A stretch of DNA of 61,855 bases, counting the filler, from Basidiobolus ranarum (Eukaryota), in the NCBI GenBank assembly GCA_040143965.1. It is 14 parts of 14 records of this genome, joined end to end, with 100 filler letters (N's around TTAATTAATTAA, not from the genome) between each part and the next. Parts side by side here need not be neighbours in the genome. Positions count along the whole stretch, not along the records: positions 22,159 to 26,485 come from JASJQH010008884.1; positions 26,586 to 30,911 come from JASJQH010008885.1; positions 31,012 to 35,337 come from JASJQH010008886.1; positions 35,438 to 39,761 come from JASJQH010008887.1; 10 more parts are not named here. The stretch is one strand, 5' to 3'. The notes under the pieces were generated by a model. It was not told the DNA's origin. It searched no databases and worked only from the letters and a program-made list of their open reading frames with translations. Every line of letters starts with the position of its first letter. Position 1 is the first letter of the stretch. The translations under genes and the position numbers were made by a program. Positions 25,101 through 36,829 of the stretch are shown piece after piece.

Positions 25101-26485
25101 GAACATCAGATGGCTTTTGTAGCAAAGGGAATAGTAGAGCCCACAGAGTATAAGCTAAGCCTCAATGCTTGGACAGAAAAAGGGGAGCTTTGTCTTCGGT
25201 TAGATTATACTAATGAGACATTGACTCATTGCATAGCCGAGTGTCTCTTAGATCGCCTAATGATTACAATTGATGCCATTGTCAAAGCAAGAGAGGAAAC
25301 CCAGATTGGAACTATTCCCAATATGTCTTCAACTGAGAGAAGCATAATCGACTCATTCTCTGTGGGTGGTATCAAGGTTGATGAAACGTCCGAATGCTTA
25401 CACCATCTGTTTGAGACACAAGTTATGAAGACGCCAAAAAATGTTGCAATTCAATATGAAAATAGTCAGCATTTAAGTTATGAAACCCTGAACAAGCAAG
25501 CAAACCAGCTAGCACACTTTTTGATCGCCCAAGGAGTGGCATCAGAGTCAATAGTCCTCCTGTGTCTCGATAAATCAATCCAAATGATTGTTGCCATTTT
25601 GGCGATTCTCAAAGCAGGTGGAGCTTACACACCAATTGATCCGAATAATCCAACTGATCGAAACAGGTTCATCCAGAGGGAAACACAATCCACAGTAACG
25701 ATAACTACTAATGAATATAAGCACAAATTTGAAGCACCGACTGTAATCCTTCTGGACGATGATATCGAGATGATAAGCAGACATTCATCGGAAAATCCAA
25801 AGGTAAGTAGCATTACTAGCTCTAACTTATGTTATGTAATATATACATCCGGGTCGACAGGTATCCCGAAAGGTGTAATGTTGGAGCATACTTCTGTAGC
25901 TACCTTTATTCGTACTCAACAAGATATGATTCATCTCACGACTGAAGATACAGTACTGCAGTTTACCAACTATACTTTTGACGTATCTGTTGGTGAAATA
26001 TTTGCGGCACTATCCATCGGAGCTCAATTAGCGCTTGCTCATAAAGAAACTTTACTCACCAACCTAGAGGAGTGTATCAACATAATGAATGCAACATATA
26101 TAGCCTTGACCCCAACGATTGCAAGCTATATAAACCCTGAAAAGGTTCCTTCGGTTCAGAAACTAATGGTTGCTGGGGAGATGCTAACAACTACGGTTAA
26201 AAACTCTTGGTCCCCTAAGGTCAAATTATCCAACGGCTACGGGCCTACAGAAACTGCAGTTCTTTGTTTGATTAACCGAAATGTAACCACTAATTCCTCC
26301 TGCAGCAATGTGGGTAAACCGTTTGGAAGCAACAGAATATACATCCTCGACAGTGCTACGCGTCCGGTACCACTAGGAGTAGTGGGCGAATTGTGTGTTG
26401 CAGGCCCTCAGCTCGCTCGTGGATACCTCAATCGTCCTGATCTTACAGCCAAAGCCTTCGTGGATAGTCCTTCTATTGCTGAAGA
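22159..26485 (+). CDS. Nonribosomal peptide synthetase, internal fragment: A(C-term)-T-E-C-A
   Basis: Frame is open across the whole contig with no introns. A10 region NASGKTD. PCP DSFYHLGGDSI. Epimerisation motifs HHYVIDLVSW, EGHGRE, RTVGWFT, FNYLGRF. Condensation DIYPCSPIQEG and HHAINDGWS. A domain YTSGSTGIPKG, YGPTE, GELCVAGPQLARGY. Confidence 0.97.
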
Positions 26486-26585
26486 NNNNNNNNNNNNNNN
26501 NNNNNNNNNNNNNNNNNNNNNNNNNNNNNTTAATTAATTAANNNNNNNNNNNNNNNNNNNNNNNNNNNNNNNNNNNNNNNNNNNN

Positions 26586-27500
26586 CAATTGCAGCTTCTA
26601 TTTAGCTCACTCAAATTTTCCTCTCTTACAAAACAAATAAATATCTAGCTGTTGTAGTATTTTACAAGCAGTGATTTTATTAGCCAAAGTAATAATACCA
26701 TATACTTATTCAAATGTAGCAATGGCTCATTGTTGCATATATTCACAATCAGTATGCAAATTTTTATTATCACCACTACTCATATAGTCAAGGCAGCCAT
26801 GTACCATTCTTTGCAAGAGAAAACAACCATGATTAATTTTTTTTTGCTATATCAAAGTTGATCTTCCTTAGTATAGAAGACTATACACCAAGTTGCTAAT
26901 ATTGAATGATCAAGGGTTCTTGGTTGATTAGCATCAATTCAGCTTTATTGATTTCAAAAACTGTTGAGCGCATGTGTTACAGAACTGAGGTTACAATTCC
27001 TGTCAAATGCATGAGTTTTGTTTGCAACTGCTTCATGCTTTCAAAGCAAAGACAGCAATCTATGGCACAATTATCAAAATTCTGTGATGCCAAATAGGCA
27101 TCCATCTTGTTATACTAGGAGCTGTGAGTCTACTAGGGTCTGTGAAGTGATTATTAATCTTTTTTGGTCATTTCAAAATTAAGCTGGGTTGATTAATCCA
27201 TCAAATTGTATCTTGTGAGTAACATGTAAAAATTATATACAAAGGCTGTTTTATATCCATCCAATGTAAATCTGCATCAATGAAGGTGGAGTATATATAG
27301 AATAAACATGCAACAAACTAAGGCACTGGAGTCAGAGCTTATGGAAATCATCTCTTAGAGCCTGCAAACAACATGTCACAATTGATCCCACATTCAAGTC
27401 TTGTGTGGTTCAATTGGCTTAGTGTTACACTATATATATCCATTTGCAACTTGTGGTGTTTTTTCCAAATGGTAGAGGTATCACAGTATGCATTTTGTTG
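26586..27500 (-). mobile_element. Decayed CACTA/EnSpm (Tnp2-like) transposase fragment
   Basis: Minus-strand LFGITE...DNCAIDCCLCF resembles the CxxxCxxF motif of fungal Tnp2-like transposases. CpG-depleted. Confidence 0.45.
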
Positions 27501-27869
27501 CTTTATATGCTGTAAGTCTTGATTGAAAGTGTACTAGATTCAGTTCCAGCTCAAATATTGTCAAATACTCCATGAATTGGAATGATAGGGCAATATGGTT
27601 CAAGAACTTAATAAAAGTGCTCAGGGGATTTGTAAGTGCTTTTACACATTATATGGATTTGTGAATTTGACACTGATGTTTTATTGATTTGAATAAGTCC
27701 TATTTTTAGTTTCTTTGAAATGGAACTATTGAATATGCTTGGATCATAACAAAATTGCCTGCTAAGCATAGGTGATAATTTTAGGTAATTTATGCAATTT
27801 TGAGAAAATGGTGAAGATTGGTAAAAATGATCCAATACATATTTCTATCAATTGAAGGAAAAAACACAC

Positions 27870-30800
27870 ATTTATGAATAGCAGGATGAAGTGCTAAATG
27901 ACCAGAATATGAATAAACTACTTACCATATAATGAGTTGCTATTTTCCTAATTTCAACAAGTTTATCACTCTTGGCTTGGATTCCAACCAAAAAATTCAA
28001 TTAACCCATATCTGTCATATGAAATTGGTTTCATAGACAAATTTTTGTCTGATTAAGTGCTTCTAGATCATATGTGATTATGATCATGTCATTTACATAA
28101 AGTGCCAAGATAAGGATCCTATTTCTGGTTTTTCTGAGACAAAAACTGTGATCTGCTCTACAATTTTGGAATTATTTTTATTCTAAGTAGGTGTCTATCT
28201 TGTTGTACCATGCCTTGGGTACTTTCTTAAGTCCACATGGAAATGTTTGCAGTATACAGACCATGTTAGGATGTTTTGGCCTAACAAATCCATATGGGTG
28301 CTCCTTATAGCTCTCTTCCTTTAGATTTCCATTCTGAAAGGCTATTTAAACATCCATTCAATTAAATCAAGGTTCAAGATTGCTGAGAGTATGAGGTTTG
28401 AATTAAGGAAGCTAAATATAGCTACTGGAGCAAAATTTTCATTGAAATCGGATCCTGGAGTCTGGGAACCAGCTTTTCCAAATACACTTACTGTGTACCT
28501 TTCCATGGTTTCATCAAGTAGGTTTTTAACTTTATAGAGCCATTTGCACCCTATTGGCTTTCTCACTGATGCAAGAGGACTTAAGGGTTATGTTGTGTTT
28601 TTCCAGAAGAAAACTTGACAGATATTGCTTTTTCCCATAATTTTGAGTCTTGACACTCCAGAGATTAATCTATTGTTTGTGGCCTCTTGCAGAATGCCAC
28701 ATAAGCATATACAGCATAATAGGAAGGGTTGCACTGGTTTCCTAGCTTATTTCTCCTTCTGGGAGATAAGTCCTGAATCATCCTCTGATATATTTGAGAC
28801 AAGAATATTTGCTGAATAAAGATCTAACAATGATGAATTTTTGTCAGTCACTTCCTGAGTAGTTCTAATTGTGTTTACTGGATCAATAACCGTGATTTGA
28901 GAGGAGTAATATGCTCTTTTATCAAAAAGCACATCTCTTCACTTAATTAACATATGATTTTTGGTATCAAACAATCTGTATCCTTTATATCCATTGCAGT
29001 AACCAAGAAAGAAGCATTTTTTACTTTTGGGTTCTAGTTGAGAGATTTTTTGAGCGGGAACTAGGCAGCATGCTGTTCAACCAAAGATGCACACAGGATC
29101 CAAACTTGATTTTGATCCACAAAGGGCTTCCAATGGAGTAAAATTTAGTAGCAATCTTGTTGGGCATCTGTTTTTGTTGCAAACATATAGCAGACAGATT
29201 TAGCCCAATGTTGTTCATCATGATAAATGTGTTTAGGGGATTTTGTAGTGTTTTGGACAAGATTAGAATTGGTGAATCAGACACTTAAGTTTTATTGAAT
29301 TGAGTATCTTCTATTTTTTGGTTTATCATGAAATAGAACTACTGGTTGAGCTCAGATCAATACAAATATGCCTGTTAAACATGGGTACAAATTTGAGATG
29401 ATTTGGTGAAGTTTTGAGAAAAATAGAGAAAAATTGCTAACAAAAGAGTGCCTAATAACTATTTGTGTTGTTTTGGCATGAAATGTAGGTTTTTTAGCTC
29501 AGAAAATACAACTTTGATTATCCTCAAATACAGAATTAGCATGTTTTTGTATGTATCTTAAGTCTGTAAGTAACTTCCTTTACCACAGAACTTCTTGTGT
29601 AGTAGCAGAGGCAGCCATTTACTATGTTTCTGTAGTGGAAAGTGCTATGGTTGGTTGCTTTTTACTATTCCAAGTTATGGCTCCATTCCTATAGAGAAAA
29701 GTGTACCCAGTTGTTTATCTTCTATCATCAAGGTTTCTTCCATGGCCTGCATCACAATAGCCTTCAAAATTTTGCGCATCAGCAGTGATAGAGTATTTCA
29801 GTACTAGATGAATAGCTCCTCTCAAATACCTGAAAATTTGTTTATAGCAGTTTTGTGCTCAGATCCTGGATTTTTGAGGTATTGGCAGACGGTTCCCACT
29901 GCCACAGCAATGTCTTGGCTTGTTTCAATCATTGTATACCTTAAACCACCCACCATCCATTGATAAGGCCACTGTTGGCTTTGATCTGAGTTATTTTGGG
30001 CCAAATCAGATGAAATGTCGATTTACTTTACATTGAGGTCCATGAGTGTTGATACGGGCTTGCTATTCTCTATGTTGAAGTGTTTTTGTATATCAAGGAT
30101 GTATCTAGTGTGATTCAGCATGATTTTCTGATTGGGTTTATCTCTCTTGATTTGAACTCCAAGAAAATGACCTAATTCACCAATGTCAGTCATCTGAAAT
30201 TGGTATGATAAGTTGGTTCTTGTCTGATTAAGTGCTTCTAGAGCATTTATGGCTACAATTAAGTTATCCACATGCAGTGCCAAGATAAGGATCCTATTTA
30301 TTGTTGTTTTGATGTAAGTACTGGGATCTGCTGGGCATTTTTAGAACGTAAGAGATTCCAATAGGTCTCTATCTTGTTTTGCCATGCTCTGGGTGCTTGC
30401 TTGTGTCCACATAGTGGTTGTTGCATTTTACAGAACATATCAGGGTGTTTTGGGTCAGCAAATCCCTCTGGTTGCTCCATGTGACTCTCTTCTACTAGAT
30501 TGCCATTCAGAAAGGCTGTTTTTACATCTATTTAATGTAGATCAAGATTATGGATGGCCGAGAATACCCTGTTTGCTTTAAAGATGCTAAATATAGCTAC
30601 TGGAGCAAAATTTTCATTAAAATTAACTCCTGGAGTGTGGAAATAACTTTTTTCAACTAAGCTTGCTTTGTATCTTTCTGCAGTTCCATCAGCTTGGTTT
30701 TTGACTTTGAAGACCTACTTGCAACCTATTGGCTTTCTCCCTGATGGTAGGTCACTAGAAGCCTAAGTTTTATTGTCCCAAAGTGAAGAAAACTTATCAG

Positions 30801-30911
30801 ATATAGCTTTTTCCCATAGTCTTGAGTCTGGACACTCTAGAGCTTGATTTAGTATCTGTGGCTAATCATAGCATGCTGCATAAGCATATACTTCATCATT
30901 GGAAGTGTTCC
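27870..30911 (-). mobile_element. Two stacked decayed copia RT/RNase H segments with family-B LTR fragments (~27870-27959 and ~29220-29460)
   Basis: RKPIGCKWLYKVK, ENFAPVA, MEQPEGF, KQAPRAW, LHVDNLIVA, FLGVQIKRD motifs. Confidence 0.92.
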
Positions 30912-31011
30912 NNNNNNNNNNNNNNNNNNNNNNNNNNNNNNNNNNNNNNNNNNNNTTAATTAATTAANNNNNNNNNNNNNNNNNNNNNNNNNNNNNNNNN
31001 NNNNNNNNNNN

Positions 31012-31269
31012 AGCAGTAAACCCAGTAATTTGCCATTAGAAAATTATATTTTTGCAAAAATTGCTGGTTATTGAATAACGCATGCCAAATTTGAGGATCA
31101 ATATTTTAACATGTATGAATACTGTTAGGATACCGTCAAGAAACCACCATCACACCATTAACATCCCTGGCAGAATGCAAGCCGGCGATATTGTGACGGT
31201 TCTCTGACGGTTTTGCTATTTTGGAGGGTGGATCTGATCCGGATCAAATTGATTTTATTTTTGTTAGGG
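31012..31269 (-). mobile_element. Relatively young DNA transposon terminus (CCCTAACAAAAA...), abutting an older internal copy (31275-32010)
   Basis: Near-identical in reverse complement to 44072-44185, and retains CpGs. Confidence 0.8.
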
Positions 31270-32009
31270 GCTAGTTAAACATATGCTAATCTATTTAACA
31301 ATGTATAAGCAAAATCTGTGATGGATGTAATGCCATGGGTCAAGGAGACTCCAGAGAACATTAACCTTCCAATAAAGGGCTCTTTTCAATGTGCTCATGG
31401 GTTTTTGCATTGTTTGAGCACAATAACAGCAACAAAACCCAATCCATGGACACAGAGTAAATATCTCTATAATTTGGACTAATTTGTTTATGTGATAATC
31501 TGATGGTATTTCTAGGAAAGCTGCAAGACAGACTTCTGGTGAAATCAATCAAGATATGTAGTATTATTGTTTTAGCCATGGGGTAATCTATTCAAGCAAT
31601 GACACATCTACTTGTGATAGGACATTTGTTGACTGCAAGTTGGGAATATTTTAGCTGAATTCTTTATGGAAATATGCCAAGATCCAAGAGCTTATTCTCA
31701 TTGTGAATGGTAACAAAAGTCAGCTATTTGCTGAGTGTCAATGCTATTCAAAATATCAGATGTTTAGCATTTTTTCCACCATTAGTTTACTGGTAAAGCA
31801 TATTGATGTTGTTGAGTTATGTCTGATTAGTCAAGTGTATGCATATGTAGAGACTAAACACAACCAGATTCTTGTATTTTTTGATTCTCATTATGGCTGG
31901 AATACAAAGCCAAAAATATCTAAACAATGGCATGCATATTAATTTGAATTCCTACAGTAGTAAACCCAGTAATTTGCCATTTGAAAATTAGATTTTTGTG
32001 AAAATTGCT

Positions 32010-33150
32010 GGAGTCTGGTTTAATCCAAAAAAACATTGTGCACAAAGCTGTTGAATTTTAAACAAATCAGCAGTGGTAAGTGAGTGGGTTCAAGATGTTT
32101 GAGCAATATTTACAAAGAGTTCCCAATGCTTCCAGTCTATACTAGATAGGTATTTCTTAGGTACATCACCAAGACAGTCACATAATCAGTACTTCCAATT
32201 CTTCTAGGTGATCTTCAGCTTTTGAAAGTATTCAGTTCTTTTTACAATAGCCATTTGTATTGATGTGAGCTGCTGAACCTGGTACCATACATCCGTGTTA
32301 TTCCTTTGCTAGCCAGTCTTAAGTGCTCTACAGCAATCATTCTTTGACCATGAGGTAAATGGGAAGTCATTACAAGACAGAGGTCCATTTGCTGCATTTG
32401 AATACTTCTTGTATATTTGGATATAATGACAGTATTGCATAACATTACTCATTACTGGTGCTATACAAAAAGACCTGATTATTAGGTTATTCTATCCAAA
32501 TAAGAGTGGCAGGAGCAAATAAGATCTCAATTTGTAAGGGAAATATATCAAAGAAAGTTCAGGTGAACCAATATGCATGGTAAGATGTGGATTTTGATTA
32601 AACACTAGGAGTAATTATCAAATTATCATTATAGCAAAATTTATTCTGCTTGATTGGGAAAATGTAGTAGTAAAATCTGCATTTATTTAAATTTATCAAG
32701 TCTTGATTTCTATTATTTTCAAGTTGTTTAATAAAACAGTTCAGCAATATACACTCATATGTGTAGCTAGTAAATATACCAACTTTCAAGCTATATTTCA
32801 AATATAAAGCAATATATCTACAAGGAAGAATAATTGTAGAGATCTTATTACTTATATCCAACCTTTAGAGTAACTTGACATTTTTCTTACAATGGTATAT
32901 AGAGAGTGCTGCAAAATATATTAAATGAAAACAGTTTGAATGTACAAAACTCTAGGATTGGCTTACAAAACCTACTTATATTTCAAGAACAGCATTAGTG
33001 TTTTCAAGAGCAAACATTTTGGGAGTCATATGCATTTTTTGATATGTGGCCAATTTAAAATCATTGCAGAGCTTTGCTGATTTAAAGCCAAGCACAGTTA
33101 TGCTTGTGTATACTGTAGCTCAGCAGTAAAGCTCTGTCAAGCTATCAAAA
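32010..33150 (-). mobile_element. Decayed CACTA/Tnp2-like transposase
   Basis: Minus strand reads KAE...NWKY and DVPKKYLSSIDWKHWELFVNIAQ...LTTADLFKIQQL, resembling the KAEEW...HW..FV region of CACTA transposases. Confidence 0.5.
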
Positions 33151-35484
33151 ATGTAAACTAGCATCTACATGAGCATTTTGACTGTATCAGTCCATTGGTT
33201 CTCAACAAACACTTCAAAATGTTGCCATATGGACAATATGTCCCAAACCAAAAATCATGGTTTCTATAAATGCTGCATTTGAGCTGCTAATATCTCTATA
33301 TATGTACATCTAAACATCTAGTATTTTCTTATATTTGCATATCATTAATAAATCTTGATAAACAATCTCAAAAATAAACTCAATAATCTTTAACTTTTCT
33401 TCTGTATAAGTCTTCAAGCTTTGCATTGAGTCAGCAATTATGATAACATCACAATTTGTCTCTGTAGGGTAAAGTCAGTCTGTGTTGTGACTAGATCAAC
33501 AAACATTCACCACCAGAGTTGACATAGGAGCAATGTGCTTTTGATGATATCTTTTAGAGTTTATTACCATTGTCCTCATATATTAACTCAATTGATACTT
33601 GTCTATTGTCAATAAATTTAACTACCAATATCAACTATAATGTTAGACTTAACTTCTGCTCATAGGAGGCACATATCTGGAAGGTTTTCTCAGTAAATGT
33701 ATATCAAGCTTTTGGTACATTTGGTACATATTTATATGTATGAATTTACTCTAGGATTGGAGATAGTAACAGGTGGACTCTATGCTACTCTTTTCATATA
33801 GGATCAACAAGATCATTCCTAATTTTGACACTTACAAAGATTGGTTGCAGCAAATTGTGAGAGATTACAACATCCAGTAAGAAGATGCTGAAGAAATCAG
33901 TTACGTCTTCTTTAAGATGTACTCTTTATATCATACTAGTCCTCATAAGATATGCATACATGCTCTATAAAATACTCTTACTTTTATCTTCTTAAGATTG
34001 TCAATTAGCTATGGCAGGGATACTTAAGCAATCATTATATAAACATTCCAAGATTCCAGCCAGTGCTGGCATATAGAGATAATTTTTGAATTCTGACAGA
34101 CTTCTCAAGACAATCATTTTTAGTTAAGCCCTTCAGGAGGGAATTGATATTCTAATAGCTTGAAATTAGACATTGCTAGTTGGATCGAATGTGTATCTAT
34201 TAATATTGGCTTAACTATACAGTTATCAGAAGTACCACAATATAAGTTTGCTACACATAAAACATGCAACAGTAGATTCAAGTACTAGTACTAAGGAATA
34301 AAAATGGTGCTGGTTACCATTCAGCGATATGCTTTGAGCTTAGAACGGTGATACAGTCATGCTTTTCTTTGGCGTAAAGTAACCTAAAATCTTACGAGTA
34401 TCAAAACTTGGTATACATTTTGGGTTCATACATAGAGAAGGCAGGTTTTATGAAGTTTTCTTGGTGGTTCTCGTATATTAGAGTGAAACAATCAGCAAAG
34501 ATAAGCAACTTCATCGATAATACTTATTGGCTGATCAGGCAAAACGAACTGCATGCAAATTACTCATTCAAATATTTAGTTGTACAACTTGATCCAGTCT
34601 TGTTTCGTTTTGCGAGAGTATCATCTTTTGAATGAAAAACATTTAGCCATCAATATTCACCTAACCCTAAGATGATGGTGTTCATTGTTTTGATGGTGAG
34701 CTATTTTTTATTTTAGGATGTTGAGCATTAATTTTAGAATGTGCGCTCCGAATTTGGAAACAGTAATTTAGCAATGTTGAATACGGTTTGGTGTGGACTT
34801 AGCGTTGGTAAGCATGACATAACAGCGCACCCTGGCTGAGAATTCTTGCTTAAAAGCTGTACTTTGTAGTTGTCAACTTTGTTTCATTCTTGTTCATTCG
34901 GACATGATGCCGTGGCCAGTGAAATGACGCAGATGAATGAGCATGATCAAGATTACCTCTTTTCCACCATCAGATCTCTTAACTAAAACCTCACTACATT
35001 CTACTGCATCAGTATTTGTTCTCCAAACAAACAGTATCTCTGGGGAATGATTAAACTTAAATTGCTCAAATTCCGATGATTTTCGGTTCCTTTCAAGTTG
35101 AAAACGGGAAATTCAATCATCAATCGCTGTGATCTTTTCAGTTTGGGGTTACTCTTCGCCAAGATAGGCTAGCATATCTACTTTAGCACATACTAATACA
35201 AGTCCATTATAAATGATGCTATCCGAGCTGTAGATCATGCGGTTATCTTCGAAAATTGTGGGGATTCTTTTTACGTACGGGGGGGGCCTCGGAACATCCT
35301 CTGCTCAAAATCATATCCTGATGCATTGTGCAAATTANNNNNNNNNNNNNNNNNNNNNNNNNNNNNNNNNNNNNNNNNNNNTTAATTAATTAANNNNNNN
35401 NNNNNNNNNNNNNNNNNNNNNNNNNNNNNNNNNNNNNTCAATCATGATGTGCACAATGAGCCCATTCAGACCAGACAAACAAAC

Positions 35485-35712
35485 TCAAGTGGTTAAGAAT
35501 TGTTGATAACTTTTGTCTAGCATTTCGGCCAATCGAATAAAATCGGCCTTCTCTTCTTGTGAAAAGGATTTTAAAGTGTTTACTGATATGAAACTTTCCA
35601 ATTCAGTGGTTTCCTCTACCGACTCATCTAATGGTTGGGATATGCTAGTATTCGATGGTGGCTCACTTCCAGCTTGACGACGGGAGCGGATGGTCTTGGA
35701 GATTTCTGACAT
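35485..35712 (-). CDS. Possible small gene or exon, unknown function (75 aa)
   Basis: ATG-initiated, protein-like composition and normal CpG content. No recognisable motif. Confidence 0.3.
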   Translation of the reverse strand: MSEISKTIRSRRQAGSEPPSNTSISQPLDESVEETTELESFISVNTLKSFSQEEKADFIRLAEMLDKSYQQFLTT

Positions 35713-36829
35713 TGAATTTCAACCAAGTGGTACGAAAGAAAGTGTTGTGAAAGACTTTGCAGGCAAGATAATAGCCACCGACCGACGTTTTATATACCTC
35801 AGTAGCCATCCAAGTGGATATGATTTGAGGCTTTTCGTCTATGACGCCAGTTTTTTTGCCTAAATCTAATTTGGAAATCACGATCATCAGATGGAAAAAT
35901 GAGATTTGTGGAAGGTTCCATGATACAACCATTGGTCAGTTTTCGATCGAGAGCCGTAATACCAGAAACCGGTTGGTTGGTAATTGATATTTATTGGAGG
36001 TTATTTCAACTCTGTACCTTTGTCTGACTCATTTATTAGTAACCCAATTCCCCATAAATAGCCATATAGCTAAATTAGGTTTTCCTCAAAATTTCGGTTG
36101 AAATCGTAATGGATCTCCAAACATATAGATCAAGGTTTGAACTAAAATGGAAGTACTTACCTATTTCGAGTGCTATTCTGGGACAAACTTTGGGATAGAC
36201 CAGTAAACTCCTGGTCTTACTACATATGGAAAATAAATAACCGATCAAATAAGAGTCTGTTCACACTCTTACGCCTTAATGATTAAAGTAACTCACTATC
36301 TATTAATGGTATATAGAGACGAATCATTTCAGCCATAAATTCAAAGGAAAAAGCCTGCGGATTGATATAGCCCCTTGGAACAGTCCGCTCATATGGAGCG
36401 ATAATAAGGGAATTCGTAATTTTTCCGAAAGATTGATTAGAAGCTTAAATTCCCAAGATTGTAAAATATCGATTTCAAAAATGCCGATTTATTTAGAGGC
36501 TCGCTTTTACGCCATGAAAGTGCGTGCGCTTTGTATGTAGAGAGAATACAATATTGACTACAAAATTAACCCAATTTAGATGGGACTTCGTTGTGTACAG
36601 ATAGGGTGACAGTTTGATCCGATGTGATGGGTGTTTAAAGCGTACAATGGAAGGTCACGTAAGGGTAAACATTGGGGCGTGGGAAATTAACATCAAGTTA
36701 CGTTGTATGTTAGTGTTACTAGGGATTACATAGCATGTGCTTAAAGATTATTGGGGAATGCAAATAAGAGACTATGATTAATGAACTGAACGTCAGTTTT
36801 TCTAGTAAAGCCATAGTATACATTTGAAT

